A stretch of 64,000 nt of DNA from Chloroflexota bacterium. GTDB taxonomy: Bacteria > Chloroflexota > UBA11872 > VXNJ01. A model generated the notes under the pieces. The model searched no databases, was not told the DNA's origin, and saw only the letters and a list, made by a program, of their open reading frames with translations. Every line of letters begins with the position of its first letter. Positions within the stretch are counted from its first letter, which is position 1. The stretch spans positions 2,272,001-2,336,000 of the forward strand of contig OZ253449.1 of NCBI GenBank assembly GCA_965261345.1. Reading direction: 5' to 3'. This document shows, one piece after another, positions 53,881 through 64,000 of this stretch. The translations under genes were made by a program, and so were the position numbers.

Positions 53881-54468
53881 TCGATAACGGAAACGGCAAA
53901 AGCATTGGAAAGGGTTGAGCAGGCGGTGCGGCTCGAAAGCGTCGCGGGCCCGTACCATCGCCCCCAACGGCGACCAACTTCTTCGTTGCCGGGCCGCCGC
54001 GTGGCTGAGCTTTGCCGGACCGGTGCAATTTTGGTTTGGCCCTGCGTTTCGCGGGGACAATCCAGCGCCAACGCGTGCGGCCAGGCCGATGCGCGAGCGA
54101 ATGTTTCGGCGTCGGTGCGCCACTACCGACGGTGCTGGCAAACCAGGCTTGGGCGGCGTTCTGGCAGGAGGCGTCGCGACTGCAACCCGATTGTCAGTCC
54201 GACGATGCGGCCGTGGCGGCAATTGTGCTGCCGCAGCTATTCGAGCTTTTGTAGGCCGGGTTCGAGCGCTGGCCCGGGACCCAGTACGAGTTCGTCGATT
54301 GGCGCCGGATCGAGTACGGCTGGGCGCCCGTGGCCCTCACCGCGGCCGAGAGCCCGCGCACGTTCGCAACGGATCGGGCAGCTCGCGAATCCGACGCCCG
54401 GCGACATTTTCAGCAAATTAGCATCGATATTTTCAACCGCGCCCGATAGGAAGGGCATCGTTGGTCGG

Positions 54469-55032
54469 TCAGCGCCAGCGCCGTCGGTGCGCCCAGCCTA
54501 GCCCGGCGCAACCGATGATGGAAATCGATGCGGCCAGGAAATTGAACAGGATGTCAACCGGATCAAAAACGCGGTAGGGAATTACCAACTGGATCGCCTC
54601 GTCTAAGGTGCCGGTCGCGCTGGTAATTGATAGCGCCAGTAACCACGGCCAGCGCACCTGCCGACCCTGTGCCACCCGTTCGGACAGCGCGGCGTAAACA
54701 AAAGTTCCCAACACGCCGTATTCGATCAGGTGTGAACGTTCCACCAATACCGCGGTTCTGAGGAATAGCAGCAAGAAGACTGCAATGGCGCCGATCGCGA
54801 TGACAATCTTGAGCCCATTGGGTTGGGAAACAAGCCCCTGGGTGATTACGGTCGCGGCAACCAATGCCATCCCGGCCAGGAACAATAGGATCGACGCCGG
54901 TCCGAGCAGTCCATGAGCCTGTAGCGCAGCGGCCAGTTCTCCCGCAACCGGCAACGATCCGAAGATCGCCACCACCACTGCCAGAACCCAAAGCCACAGT
55001 TGCCGTTCGCGCCCCGATGAGAAGCACCACAT
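54469..55032 (-). CDS. VanZ-like membrane protein
   Basis: ERSHLIEYGVLG, DEAIQLVIPYRVFDPVDILFN. Confidence 0.82.
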   Translation of the reverse strand: MWCFSSGRERQLWLWVLAVVVAIFGSLPVAGELAAALQAHGLLGPASILLFLAGMALVAATVITQGLVSQPNGLKIVIAIGAIAVFLLLFLRTAVLVERSHLIEYGVLGTFVYAALSERVAQGRQVRWPWLLALSITSATGTLDEAIQLVIPYRVFDPVDILFNFLAASISIIGCAGLGWAHRRRWR

Positions 55033-55203
55033 ACCCTACGGCCGAGCCTCGAAGGGATTGCTTTTTGGGTGGAAATTCATCTCCGCGCTCCGAACGCGCC
55101 GCATAGGTGCGAGTGGCGTGGTTACCAATTACAAACATTGGCCGTAGCCATCGCTTCCAACAACATCGCTTGGGTGATCAACGACTTCTAGATTTGCCGG
55201 CCC

Positions 55204-57305
55204 CGTTGCCTCATCGAGAAATTTAATTGAGATTTGCGACTACATTTTTTGGCCCCAATTCGCGCGAATTGGGGCACGATGTCCCGTCACGCCCGTTTGC
55301 CGCTCCGAAAATGAGCCCTTTTGCCATCACTGCTACGTGCGGTGCTGCTTTGGTCCGATGCTGCCGGGGTGATCATCCAATAGCACTTGCAGGTTCAATG
55401 TTCCGCTGGCGTCGGGATGATCCCGCAGGTAGGTAAGCACGTTAGGCCAGACGTGTTCTAAGGGATCGGGGCAGGTCGCCACAACCAACGGCGCTTTGGT
55501 TTCAGCCGTGGCGTGGGATCGGCATCGCCTTTGCGCCAGAGATGGGTGAGTTTGGCAAGGAATCGCACAAGGTCGTCCCTTTAGGCCTAGTTGCGTTTTT
55601 CGGAGGACGCCAGGGTGGACTGGACATGGCGGATTTGGTGCAGGGGGAAAGCGGGTCCAGGTTGTGTCCCAATAGCTATGCAAAAAGCAGGCCCGTAAAA
55701 AGAAGCGGGCCACGGCGTCTCCTTAAATTCTTGAGTTAGCACAACTCGGAGCCTTAAGGGAGGCAACCAGTGACCCGATTGAAGAATAACCACAACGCTA
55801 TTGACTGGCGCCAAGAGCTCAAAAGTGATCCCGAGCTCTTCCGCGGCATCATCCACCAGACCGTCCAGGAGATCGGAGGAAGCCGAGATGGACGAGGCGT
55901 TGGGAGCCGGTAAGAGTGAGCGTACCGCTGGCCGTCGCGGCTACCGGAGCGGCTACTACGGCCGCGGACTTATCACCCGGGTGGGCAAGATCAGACTCAG
56001 GGTGCTGACAGGACCGCCAGGGACGCTTTAGCACCGAGATCTTTAAAGCGCTACCAGCGCAGTGAAAAAGCCTTGGTGAGCGCCCTGGCTAAAGATGTAC
56101 GTCCAGGGGGTTTCGACCAGGAAAGTGAAAGGCCATTACCGAAGAGCTGTGTGGTCACGCATTCTGAAGCCTCCAACATCTCCCGGATTAACAAGCAGCT
56201 AGATGCCGCTCTGGAAATTGCCCGAGCGCCCACTGGAGGCCAACTATCCCTACCTGATCCTTGATGCCCGCTACGAAAAGGTACGCGAGGAGGGAGTCAT
56301 CCGGTCCCAGGCGGTCCAGATCGCCATCGGCATCAACTGGGAGGGCAGACGCTCGGTACTGGCAGTCGAGCTGGTAAACCGTGAGAGTAAGAGCAGCTGG
56401 CGCGACTTTCTGTCCCGGATGCGCGATCGCGGCCTCAGCGCCGTGCAGTTTGTCGTTACCGATAACCACGCCGGACTAAAGCAGGCGATCGCCGAGTACT
56501 TACCCGAAGCCATCTGGCAACGCTGCTATGTCCACTTCCTGCGCAATGCGCGCGACTACCTGCCGCGAAGGGCCGATGACGACTGTCTCCAAGAACTTCG
56601 CTGGCTCTACGATCGGCGCGATCTCTCCGAGGCCCGTCGGGACCTCTTAGCCTGGCTGGGCAAATGGCAGGGCCGCTATCCCAGGCTCTGCGACTGGGTA
56701 GAGAGCGGCATTGAGGAGACTTTCAGCTTTTACCGTCTGCCGCGGCAGCACTACAAGCACCTTAAATCCACCAACATGCTGGAGCGGTTAAACGAGGAGA
56801 TAAAGCGCCGGACGCACGTGGTGCGGATCTTTCTTGGGTCGTGCGAGTTGCCTGCGCTTGGTCAGGGCGCTTGCGGTCGAACAGCACGAGAACTGGATTG
56901 AGGCCAGCCGCTACCTGAACATGGCATTCCTGAAAGAGCAACGCAGAGAACTGGAGTTGATCGTTACCGCCTAAATTTCAGCGAACAATCAAGCTAAATT
57001 CGATAAGGTGACGCCAAAGCTAATTGCAGAACTTTCGGCACATAACTCGGGTCCAGTTTGGAGCGGGCCTCGCGCAATCATTCCTTTACTGGCAACGGGA
57101 GGCCAGGATCATCCAGCAGCCGCTGGCAGGGAGTTTGGGGGCGGTCGTAGTGCTCAAGCGTCTTGACCCCCTAGCGCTTTGGCGAGCAGTTTGAAGGACG
57201 GTTGGAAGAAGTTGGTGTAGAGACCTACCAGGGCAAACAACGTGGTCCGAGTTTTCCCGGCGATGTAACCGGCAAAGCGTTCATCGCCAACAAATCGTAG
57301 GATCG
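55204..57305 (-). mobile_element. ISNCY-like (integrase-core) transposase remnant interrupted by IS256
   Basis: Fragments FVGDERFAG, LYTNFFQPSFKL, YDRPQTPCQRLL, then across the IS KLDPLSPLHQIR, PDPLEHVWP and MAKGLIFG. Confidence 0.7.
55660..57047 (+). mobile_element. Degenerate IS256-family element (different subgroup), multiply frameshifted transposase
   Basis: IRs GGTTGTGTCCCAATAGCTATGCAA / TTGCAGAACTTTCGGCACATAACT; TSD CGGGTCCA(G) at 55652 and 57048; YLILDARYEK, WQRCYVHFLRN, STNMLERLNEEIKRRT. Confidence 0.9.
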
Positions 57306-57767
57306 GCCGGCCCGACGGCCGGTTACCCGGCACGCTGTACGACTGGTGATCGTTGTAATCCAGCCGGTATACGATGGGCGTTATCCGAGCTTCAAACCTG
57401 ATTGTGCCCGTATTCGCGGTTGATTCAGATTACCTCTTGGCTTGCCGGAGCGGGGCTTGGCCAAATCGTTCTCCAGCGGTAGGAACGGGCCTGTTGTTCA
57501 AAGGTGTAATCCCCGTCGGGGATGACCGCTTTGCTATCGCAATATCTGCAAAAACAAGGCAATGTTCGGCGCGAATTCGGCTGGATACCATCATGCGAAC
57601 ATCGACGTCGATAGGGTCGGGGTCCCGTCCAAGGCGGAAAAAGGAACGCTCGACCCTGCCGGGCAAACGCTTCCCGGTTAAATTTGCCAATTGCCGCCGA
57701 AAGTAATGCAAGAAGAGGTGGTAAATGAAAGTGCTCGATTTCATCCGGGCCAGGGTTGGCAGAGGAC

Positions 57768-58267
57768 GTGACGGTGCAGAAACTAAGCATTTTTCTTGGG
57801 TGGAGGGTCGCGGCGATGCTCTTGCTAGCCGCTTCCTACGGCGTGACCGTATATGCAGATCTCGATGATGGAGTCCGCGCACCGCTGGCTGCAGTTGTAG
57901 CAGCAGCCGCGGTAATAGCAGCCAACGAGCGCAGCGAGCATTCCAAAGTAACCGAATTGGGTTTGCATCGATTGCATCGATTGCATCCCTTGGCGCAGGG
58001 TGGTTCTGGCTATGCGATGCGACCGGTGGAAATCCGGACAGATTGGGCGTCGCAGTTGCCATTGCAATTGCCGTGGTCGTAATTGGCGCGTCGATCCGAA
58101 TATTTTCCACTTGGCCAAACCGGGACGTCTCCTTAGCAAAATGCGAACATTTCGGTTTGGCGTTCGCGACTAATCCATCGGTTACGCCATATTTAGCGTT
58201 TCCCGGCCAATGGGTCGTGCCTGGCCTTTCGGTGAATTGGAATCGAACGCGATCGGTGGCGCCTTAG
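57768..58267 (+). pseudogene. Frameshifted hydrophobic membrane protein remnant
   Basis: Hydrophobic segments continue from ORF 57756..58082 into the frame of ORF 58043..58267. Confidence 0.3.
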
Positions 58268-58660
58268 GAGTGATTTGCGGGCGGGCGGCCCCAATAGCGG
58301 GTTAATTTTGGTCGCAATGGGTGGATTGGCTCAAGCTTCTCTCCAGTCCGAGCGGCTGGCAAGTTTTTTATAAGGGTCCTGCCGATGAATCACCCGATAC
58401 GGGTTGCAAAATGAAGTGGACATAACCGCGAATTTGCTCAATGCTCACCATCGATCAGCAGCCCGCCGGTCAGGCTTGCCGCAAGCGTGCATACGACGTC
58501 ACACCGCTTTCCCGCATTTCGGCATACATCAGCTAACGGTTCCCTAAATCGGATCCTTACACTCTGAACGGCGCTCTCTACATCGGTGCCGGAATCGGCC
58601 CTTTTCTCAGCGCTGACGCCATCCGAAATGGACCTGGCCATCGGTTGTCGCGGAATCGTT

Positions 58661-60133
58661 CTACGGCTGTGCGAATTGGGCCGCTTCAGCGCCAGCGATA
58701 CGCCCGAAGACCGCGCCCGCCATCATTCCTCCGCCGGATGGATAGTTCCAAGCCCAGAGGCCACCGACCATCTCGCCAGCGGCGTAGAGGCCGGGGATGG
58801 CCCGGCCCAAGTTGTGCACCACCTCGCCCTGAGCTGCGATTTGGAGGCCGCCGTAGCAGAAGGTCATGCCGCAAGTGACTGCAAAGCCCTCGAATGGGGC
58901 CAGGTCAAGCGGGAGTGCCCAGTTGCGGCGTGGCGGAGTGATGCCTACCGCCTCCTTGCCGTCGGGACGAAATGCATTGAACTCTCCGCGCTGTACGGCG
59001 CCGTTGTACTCCTTCACCGTTGCTACGAACGCGGTCACCTCCCGAATGCCGAGCTGTTGTCCTAGCCCTTCCAGCGTGTTGGACGCAACCCGCGTGGCCA
59101 TTTCGTATCGCTGGAGGAGGCCAAGGTTACGGTGCTTGGCGTCGAATATCTGAAAGGCCTTGGCCTCCGGTTGGGCCAGAATCGCGCGCCCGGTCTTGGC
59201 GTAGGTAAGCCCCCGCCAGGTCTCGCCCTCATCTACGAACCGGCGGCCATCCAGATTCACCATGACCGAGTAGGGGTAGGCGTATCGACTCCAGAAGTCG
59301 CCGGCGACGCCTGGGCCGGGAAGGTCGCAGTGCGGGCGGTTCAAGTCCTGCGGCGAGGCGTGGCAGGTGGACCAGGAGCCGTATGGCAGGGCGCCGATGT
59401 CCATTGCCATGGTCAGGCCATCACCGGTGTTATATGGAACGCCGCGCAGTTTTACTGTTTCCCATTCAGGACCCAGGTAGCGGGAACGCATCTCGGGACT
59501 GGATTCGAAGCTGCCACAGGCCAGCACCACCGCCTTGGCCTGGTAGGTACGGAGGCCGTCGGGCGTCAGAACCCGGACTCCGGTAACGTGTCCCTGGTCG
59601 TTCTGGATGAGCTCAGTGGCTTGGGAATCGTAATGGATCTGGATCCCCAATCGCTCACCCGCGGCGAACCACCGCTCGAGCAGGTTGTAACCCCCACCGG
59701 CAAAGGAGACCACGTTAGCGGCGAGCGGATTGCGATAACTGGGCTCCCACTCATGGCCGTGGCTTCGCATCCACTGGACGGTGGGGAAGGCTCGATTTAC
59801 GAGGGTCTCTGCCAAGGCCCTGTCGCTTTGCCCTTCCGTCACCATCATGATGTCGTCCCAATACTCTTGCCGGCTGTAGCTGGTAACCCGGCTGGCCATT
59901 TTTCGGAGCTCGTCTCCCGAAACGTCTGGCAGTAGAGGAACGAGGTCTTCCATCCCGCCGAAAGGGAACCGCATCTGGATCGTCAGGGCACTGTTGCCGC
60001 CGCGGTGGGCCCTGGGCGCCTTCTCCAGTACGACTACGTCGGCGCCGCGCTCTCGAGCCGCTACCGCCGCCGCCATGGCGGCATTACCTGCACCGACTAC
60101 AACTACCTGCGTGCGAATCTCGCGGTCAGCCAT
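58661..60133 (-). CDS. tcuA: FAD-dependent tricarballylate dehydrogenase-like flavoprotein
   Basis: VVGAGNAA, RGGNS, RGVPYNTGDG, RRFVDEG, TYAKTG, TFCYGGL, GLYAAGEMVGG, NYPSGGG. Confidence 0.82.
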   Translation of the reverse strand: MADREIRTQVVVVGAGNAAMAAAVAARERGADVVVLEKAPRAHRGGNSALTIQMRFPFGGMEDLVPLLPDVSGDELRKMASRVTSYSRQEYWDDIMMVTEGQSDRALAETLVNRAFPTVQWMRSHGHEWEPSYRNPLAANVVSFAGGGYNLLERWFAAGERLGIQIHYDSQATELIQNDQGHVTGVRVLTPDGLRTYQAKAVVLACGSFESSPEMRSRYLGPEWETVKLRGVPYNTGDGLTMAMDIGALPYGSWSTCHASPQDLNRPHCDLPGPGVAGDFWSRYAYPYSVMVNLDGRRFVDEGETWRGLTYAKTGRAILAQPEAKAFQIFDAKHRNLGLLQRYEMATRVASNTLEGLGQQLGIREVTAFVATVKEYNGAVQRGEFNAFRPDGKEAVGITPPRRNWALPLDLAPFEGFAVTCGMTFCYGGLQIAAQGEVVHNLGRAIPGLYAAGEMVGGLWAWNYPSGGGMMAGAVFGRIAGAEAAQFAQP

Positions 60134-60569
60134 CGGCCGCTCCAACAGGGAATCGGGATGTTCGACCACCAGGTCGCATCACCAGCCCGACCGACGGCAA
60201 TTTGGGGGCGGCGTCGCAAATCAAATAAATCAGGGAACGAGCGCAATCGTTTTCGGATTTTGGGGCATCTGGCGAATATCGGCGGGAGGTGGAGTTGAGT
60301 AGCTCTTTTTTCGCTGACAACATACTGGAATTAGACAAACTGCGCGGCTTGCAAAAGTGGTTTTCCTGGTGGCGCGTCACTTCGACTCTCCTAGTACCGC
60401 CACCTCTGGCGACACTAGGGCTATTGTGGCTCTCGGGCCGCCATATTTCCCTGTAGGCGCTTCGCCTAGCTTGGAGCCCAACGGTAACATCTCAATCCAG
60501 ATCCCGGAGCCCTCACGCCCCCGGCAGGCCCGGAACGGAACCGTTCAATCGGCCAAGGAGCGGCTAACT

Positions 60570-62252
60570 ATGTCCAAACCCAACAGCATCACCGGCAGTC
60601 ACCTCATTGCCCGTGCCCTAAAGCAGGAGGGCGTAAAGAACGTCTTCACGCTGGCGGGAGACCACATCCTTCCCGTTATAGATGTCATGGAGGATGAAGA
60701 CTTCCGCTTCATCGATACGCGCCACGAGCAAGCCGCCGTTCATATGGCGGATGCCTGGGCACGGATGACCGGTCAGATTGGGGTGAGTATGGTCACTACC
60801 CCCGGTCACGCCAACGCGCTCCCAGGGCTGGTCCACGCAATGGCCACAGAGGCACCCGTCCTGCACATCAGCGGCTCGGACAAGCTGTCCGATTACGACC
60901 GGGGCATGATGCAGGAGATTGACCAAGTAGGCATGGCCAAGGCAACAACCAAGGCGGCATGGTTGGTACGTGACGCTCACCGTCTACCCGAATACATCTC
61001 CATGGCCATCAGAACGGCCTTCTCCGGGCGACGGGGGCCAGTGCACCTCACCATCCCAATTGACGTGCAGGAGACTGTGGTTGACGACCAAGCGGTTCGC
61101 TATCCCGGCTCAAACGAGTCGCGTCCCACCGGCCCGTCAGTGGCCAGCGCAAAACAGGTAGAAGCGGCGGTGCGCTTGCTACACCAAGCGGAGCGACCGC
61201 TGGTGGTGGCCGCCAACCCCGCCGGCTATGAGGATTCCAACAGCGAGGTGTTGCAACGGTTCCTGGAGGTGACTCGCCTTCCGCTAATGACGGAAGGTAC
61301 AGCCCGGGGGATCGTTCCTGACAATCACCCATATTGCTTTGGGATCTTCGACCTGGGCCTAAATCAGGCTGCGCCCCTGCTGCGGGAAGCGGATGTGGTG
61401 CTATTTCTAGGGAAGAAGCTGGACTATTCGATTGGCTATGCCCAACCTCCGGTGGTGGCAGCCGACGCGAGCACCATCCAGGTGGATCCTTCGCCCGCCG
61501 AAATCGGACGCAACCGCGGAGTGACCATCGGTATCGCCGGCGACATTGCCGGAGTCGTGGAACAGTTTTCCCAGGAAGCGTCCTCATTCCCCTGGAGCGA
61601 CGGGCCATGGATCCAGCGCCTGCGGGCAAAACGTGAGAAGCAGGCCGATTGGGTGGCCTCCAAGGCGGTACCGGAATCACCGCTGCATCCGCTTTTCGTG
61701 CATCAGACTCTGGGCGAACTCCTGGGGCCTGACGATGTGGTGGTCTTCGATGGTGGCGACTACTGCCACTTTGGGAAGCTCTATTTTCCGGCCCGTCCCA
61801 GAAGCTGGTGGTCGCTGCCTGACCTGGGGATGCTTGGATCGGCCGTGCCCACGGCCATCACCGCCAAGCTGGCGCGACCCAACGCCCGAGTTGCCTTGGT
61901 GTCCGGCGACGGCAGCTTTGGATTCAACGGCATGGAGTTCGATACGGCCGTTCGCCACGGCCTAGATATCGTGGCTGTCTTAGGAAACGATTCAGCATGG
62001 GGAATAGACCGGCAGATCCAGCTTGCCGCATACGGGAGGGCTGTGGCCACCGACCTGCTCCCATCGCGCTACGACCAGGTGGTGCAGGGGCTAGGCGGTC
62101 ACGGCGAATTCGTACAGCGTCCCGAAGAGCTTCGCCCTGCCCTGGAGCGTTCTTTCGCCGCGCGAAAACCGGCCCTCGTCAACGTGCTAACCCAACGCGT
62201 GTCCAGTCCAAGGGGAGAACGGGCAATCGCCCGACGCAAAGCTGGCGGCTGA
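60570..62252 (+). CDS. ThDP-dependent enzyme (acetolactate synthase / 2-hydroxyacyl-CoA lyase-like)
   Basis: DTRHEQAAVHMADAWAR, GPVHLTIP, GDGSFGFNGMEFDTAVRH...NDSAWG; AAGGAG RBS. Confidence 0.9.
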   Translation: MSKPNSITGSHLIARALKQEGVKNVFTLAGDHILPVIDVMEDEDFRFIDTRHEQAAVHMADAWARMTGQIGVSMVTTPGHANALPGLVHAMATEAPVLHISGSDKLSDYDRGMMQEIDQVGMAKATTKAAWLVRDAHRLPEYISMAIRTAFSGRRGPVHLTIPIDVQETVVDDQAVRYPGSNESRPTGPSVASAKQVEAAVRLLHQAERPLVVAANPAGYEDSNSEVLQRFLEVTRLPLMTEGTARGIVPDNHPYCFGIFDLGLNQAAPLLREADVVLFLGKKLDYSIGYAQPPVVAADASTIQVDPSPAEIGRNRGVTIGIAGDIAGVVEQFSQEASSFPWSDGPWIQRLRAKREKQADWVASKAVPESPLHPLFVHQTLGELLGPDDVVVFDGGDYCHFGKLYFPARPRSWWSLPDLGMLGSAVPTAITAKLARPNARVALVSGDGSFGFNGMEFDTAVRHGLDIVAVLGNDSAWGIDRQIQLAAYGRAVATDLLPSRYDQVVQGLGGHGEFVQRPEELRPALERSFAARKPALVNVLTQRVSSPRGERAIARRKAGG

Positions 62253-63056
62253 GTTCTATTGGGGAAAGCATTGTCAACGGCACGTAGTCGAATGAGCCAA
62301 TGTGAACAGCGAATCCCGATTCTGCCGGGATTACGAGCGCATTGTTGCGACTCAAGTGTTGCGACTGACATTCACTGAAGGCGCCGCGTTGGTCGCGCCA
62401 TTCTCAAACCTTGCTCGAAAGGGTGCCGTCAGACCATTGGACAAAGGGCCGGCCAGCGGCCCGCGATGAACGGCGCGTGCGTCTCGGAAATCGAGCACTG
62501 CGCGCCGCAGCACCGGCTCGCCCAGACCGTGGCAGCCGGCACCACTTGAGCTCATGATTGGAATCCGGGCGGTCGGCCACAAAGACTTTGCCGCAAGGCG
62601 AGGAGGGTGCCGCCGGCGAGCGTTCCGAAGCATTTGGTCGGCGTTCCCGCAACGATCAACGGATCCTGGTGGCGCGGCGTCGTAGGACGACCCGAGCCCG
62701 TGTATCATGCCAGGCGGAACCCGGGATGCCCTCGGAAGTTGAACTAATGCCAATTGCACGATCGCTTTCTGGCCCAGAAATGCGGCACCGGCAAAACCAC
62801 CCTCGCTACCGCCCTCTAACCGAGATTTAAGGACGTTGACGTCCCGGTAGATCTGGTCGATCTCATTGCTCCATGTGAGCGCTTCGCCGCGGGGCACAAG
62901 GTTTGGCCGTCCCCATACGTGGGCGCTGCCAGCAGCGCTATTACGGATATGCCGGTATTGATACTGCGCCGCAATCCGAAGCGACCGCTCTGGCCGCGGC
63001 CCGTTCTGTCGACCTGGATCTGGCCTGCGCCGCATTGGGGCGAGACGATCCGAACC

Positions 63057-63674
63057 CTATTTGCTGGAACGGCTTCCATTGTTTGTCTTCGATCTGACCA
63101 CCGAATCTACTTCGCAATACGCAGCGGGCGAGGCGAGCAACTTCAACCGGGACAATGCGACCGTCTTCTGGAACCCGAAGTGTTTGTATAACTCCCTGGT
63201 CGACAGCACGTAGAACTCCCATTGCGCCAAGTCCATTGGATCGACGGTAGCTTTGTCCTTGTGCGCCATGATCGCAAATACGTAGACGTCCGCTTGCCGC
63301 CGGGACTCGGTTTCAAAGTCGCCGCTCTCCGGATCCCAAGCCAAGGTTTCGGGAATCCGAAATGAAATTGATGAGAGCCGATCTTGAGCCCAGCTTTGGA
63401 CATAACTAGCGGACTTGACCTCGAGCCTGATCCCGGCCGGCGTTGTGATGTCGAACGTCGCCCATGGATCGCGGATTCCAGCGCCCGATCCACCCACGGC
63501 TCGGTCCACGATGTACTCGGCTAGGACACCCCTAATAGTGTTGTTTACAAGGTCGGACGCCGACCACCGCCAGAAGTCCAGGAGGTCGAACCTCGAGGCG
63601 GAGCTGCCGGCATGAAATTCTTCGGAACCAGTCTTCCTTAATACTTCCAGTTTCGGGAACTTGCTTTCCGGCAT
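63057..63674 (-). CDS. Conserved hypothetical protein, probable PD-(D/E)XK nuclease fold
   Basis: RGVLAEYIV...FDI...RLEVKSASY, RQADVYVF, QWEFYV. Confidence 0.65.
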   Translation of the reverse strand: MPESKFPKLEVLRKTGSEEFHAGSSASRFDLLDFWRWSASDLVNNTIRGVLAEYIVDRAVGGSGAGIRDPWATFDITTPAGIRLEVKSASYVQSWAQDRLSSISFRIPETLAWDPESGDFETESRRQADVYVFAIMAHKDKATVDPMDLAQWEFYVLSTRELYKHFGFQKTVALSRLKLLASPAAYCEVDSVVRSKTNNGSRSSK

Positions 63675-64000
63675 CGATTTCTCACCAATTCAGCGCGCGC
63701 GGACAAGATTGCGGCACGGAACTACTGCCATCCCAGGGCCGGGTACACCCCTCGCCGGGAATGTCGTGGTCCGTTTGCGTTCGGAGGCCGCGAGTCCATG
63801 TTCTCGTAAGGCTCGACTGACCATGGTCGCTAACTTAAGGGTCCCGGTTGAGATTGATGACGGTGGCTCAGCAGCAAGACGAGCGATCGGACCGCGCTCA
63901 CGGCCGGTAGCACGGTAGATTGCCGTTCGGCCTCAATTGCAATCTGAGATCGGGCGGAAAGGTCGATTGCCTTGGTGCCAAAAAGCCCGGAATTCGGCCA

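Noticed and set aside
60515-60545. SRP RNA-like motif CAGGCCCGGAA
   Set aside because: The following bases (CGGAACCG) do not match the GGAAGCAGC consensus, and no supporting long stem is evident.
62352-63035. 227-aa minus-strand ORF
   Set aside because: No recognisable family motifs and low-complexity Arg/Pro/Ala composition; possibly decayed sequence, but not supportable.

Overview
GC-rich bacterial window with mostly catabolic and redox genes: sulfatase, enolase-superfamily enzymes, several SDR/MDR dehydrogenases, a GH88/105-like hydrolase, a TcuA-like flavoprotein, a ThDP enzyme, upp, ctaA/ctaB, bcp and arsM. The gene content (paralog-rich catabolism, ankyrin and FN3 proteins, Chloroflexota-type envelope repeats) suggests a host-associated Chloroflexota, possibly a sponge symbiont; this is inference only. 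Many intergenic gaps are decayed genes (mnmE, rarA, dgoD-like, DUF1295, Gfo/Idh/MocA and others). Mobile DNA comprises two near-identical 1752-bp IS256 copies with 8-bp TSDs, a related IS256 stub, an intact IS21 and a decayed IS256 nested in an ISNCY-like remnant. The most notable locus is 33253-44037. A small secreted protein resembling a stand-alone propeptide/chaperone precedes a ~2670-aa kexin-like protease gene (4 PPC-like repeats, S8, P-domain, 14 FN3, poly-Gly linker, conserved C-terminal module), now broken by a 1-bp insertion and an IS256. The same linker plus C-terminal module survives as a severed orphan at ~1346-2116, suggesting a reusable surface-anchoring or sorting tag. No rRNA, tRNA or CRISPR array was recognised.
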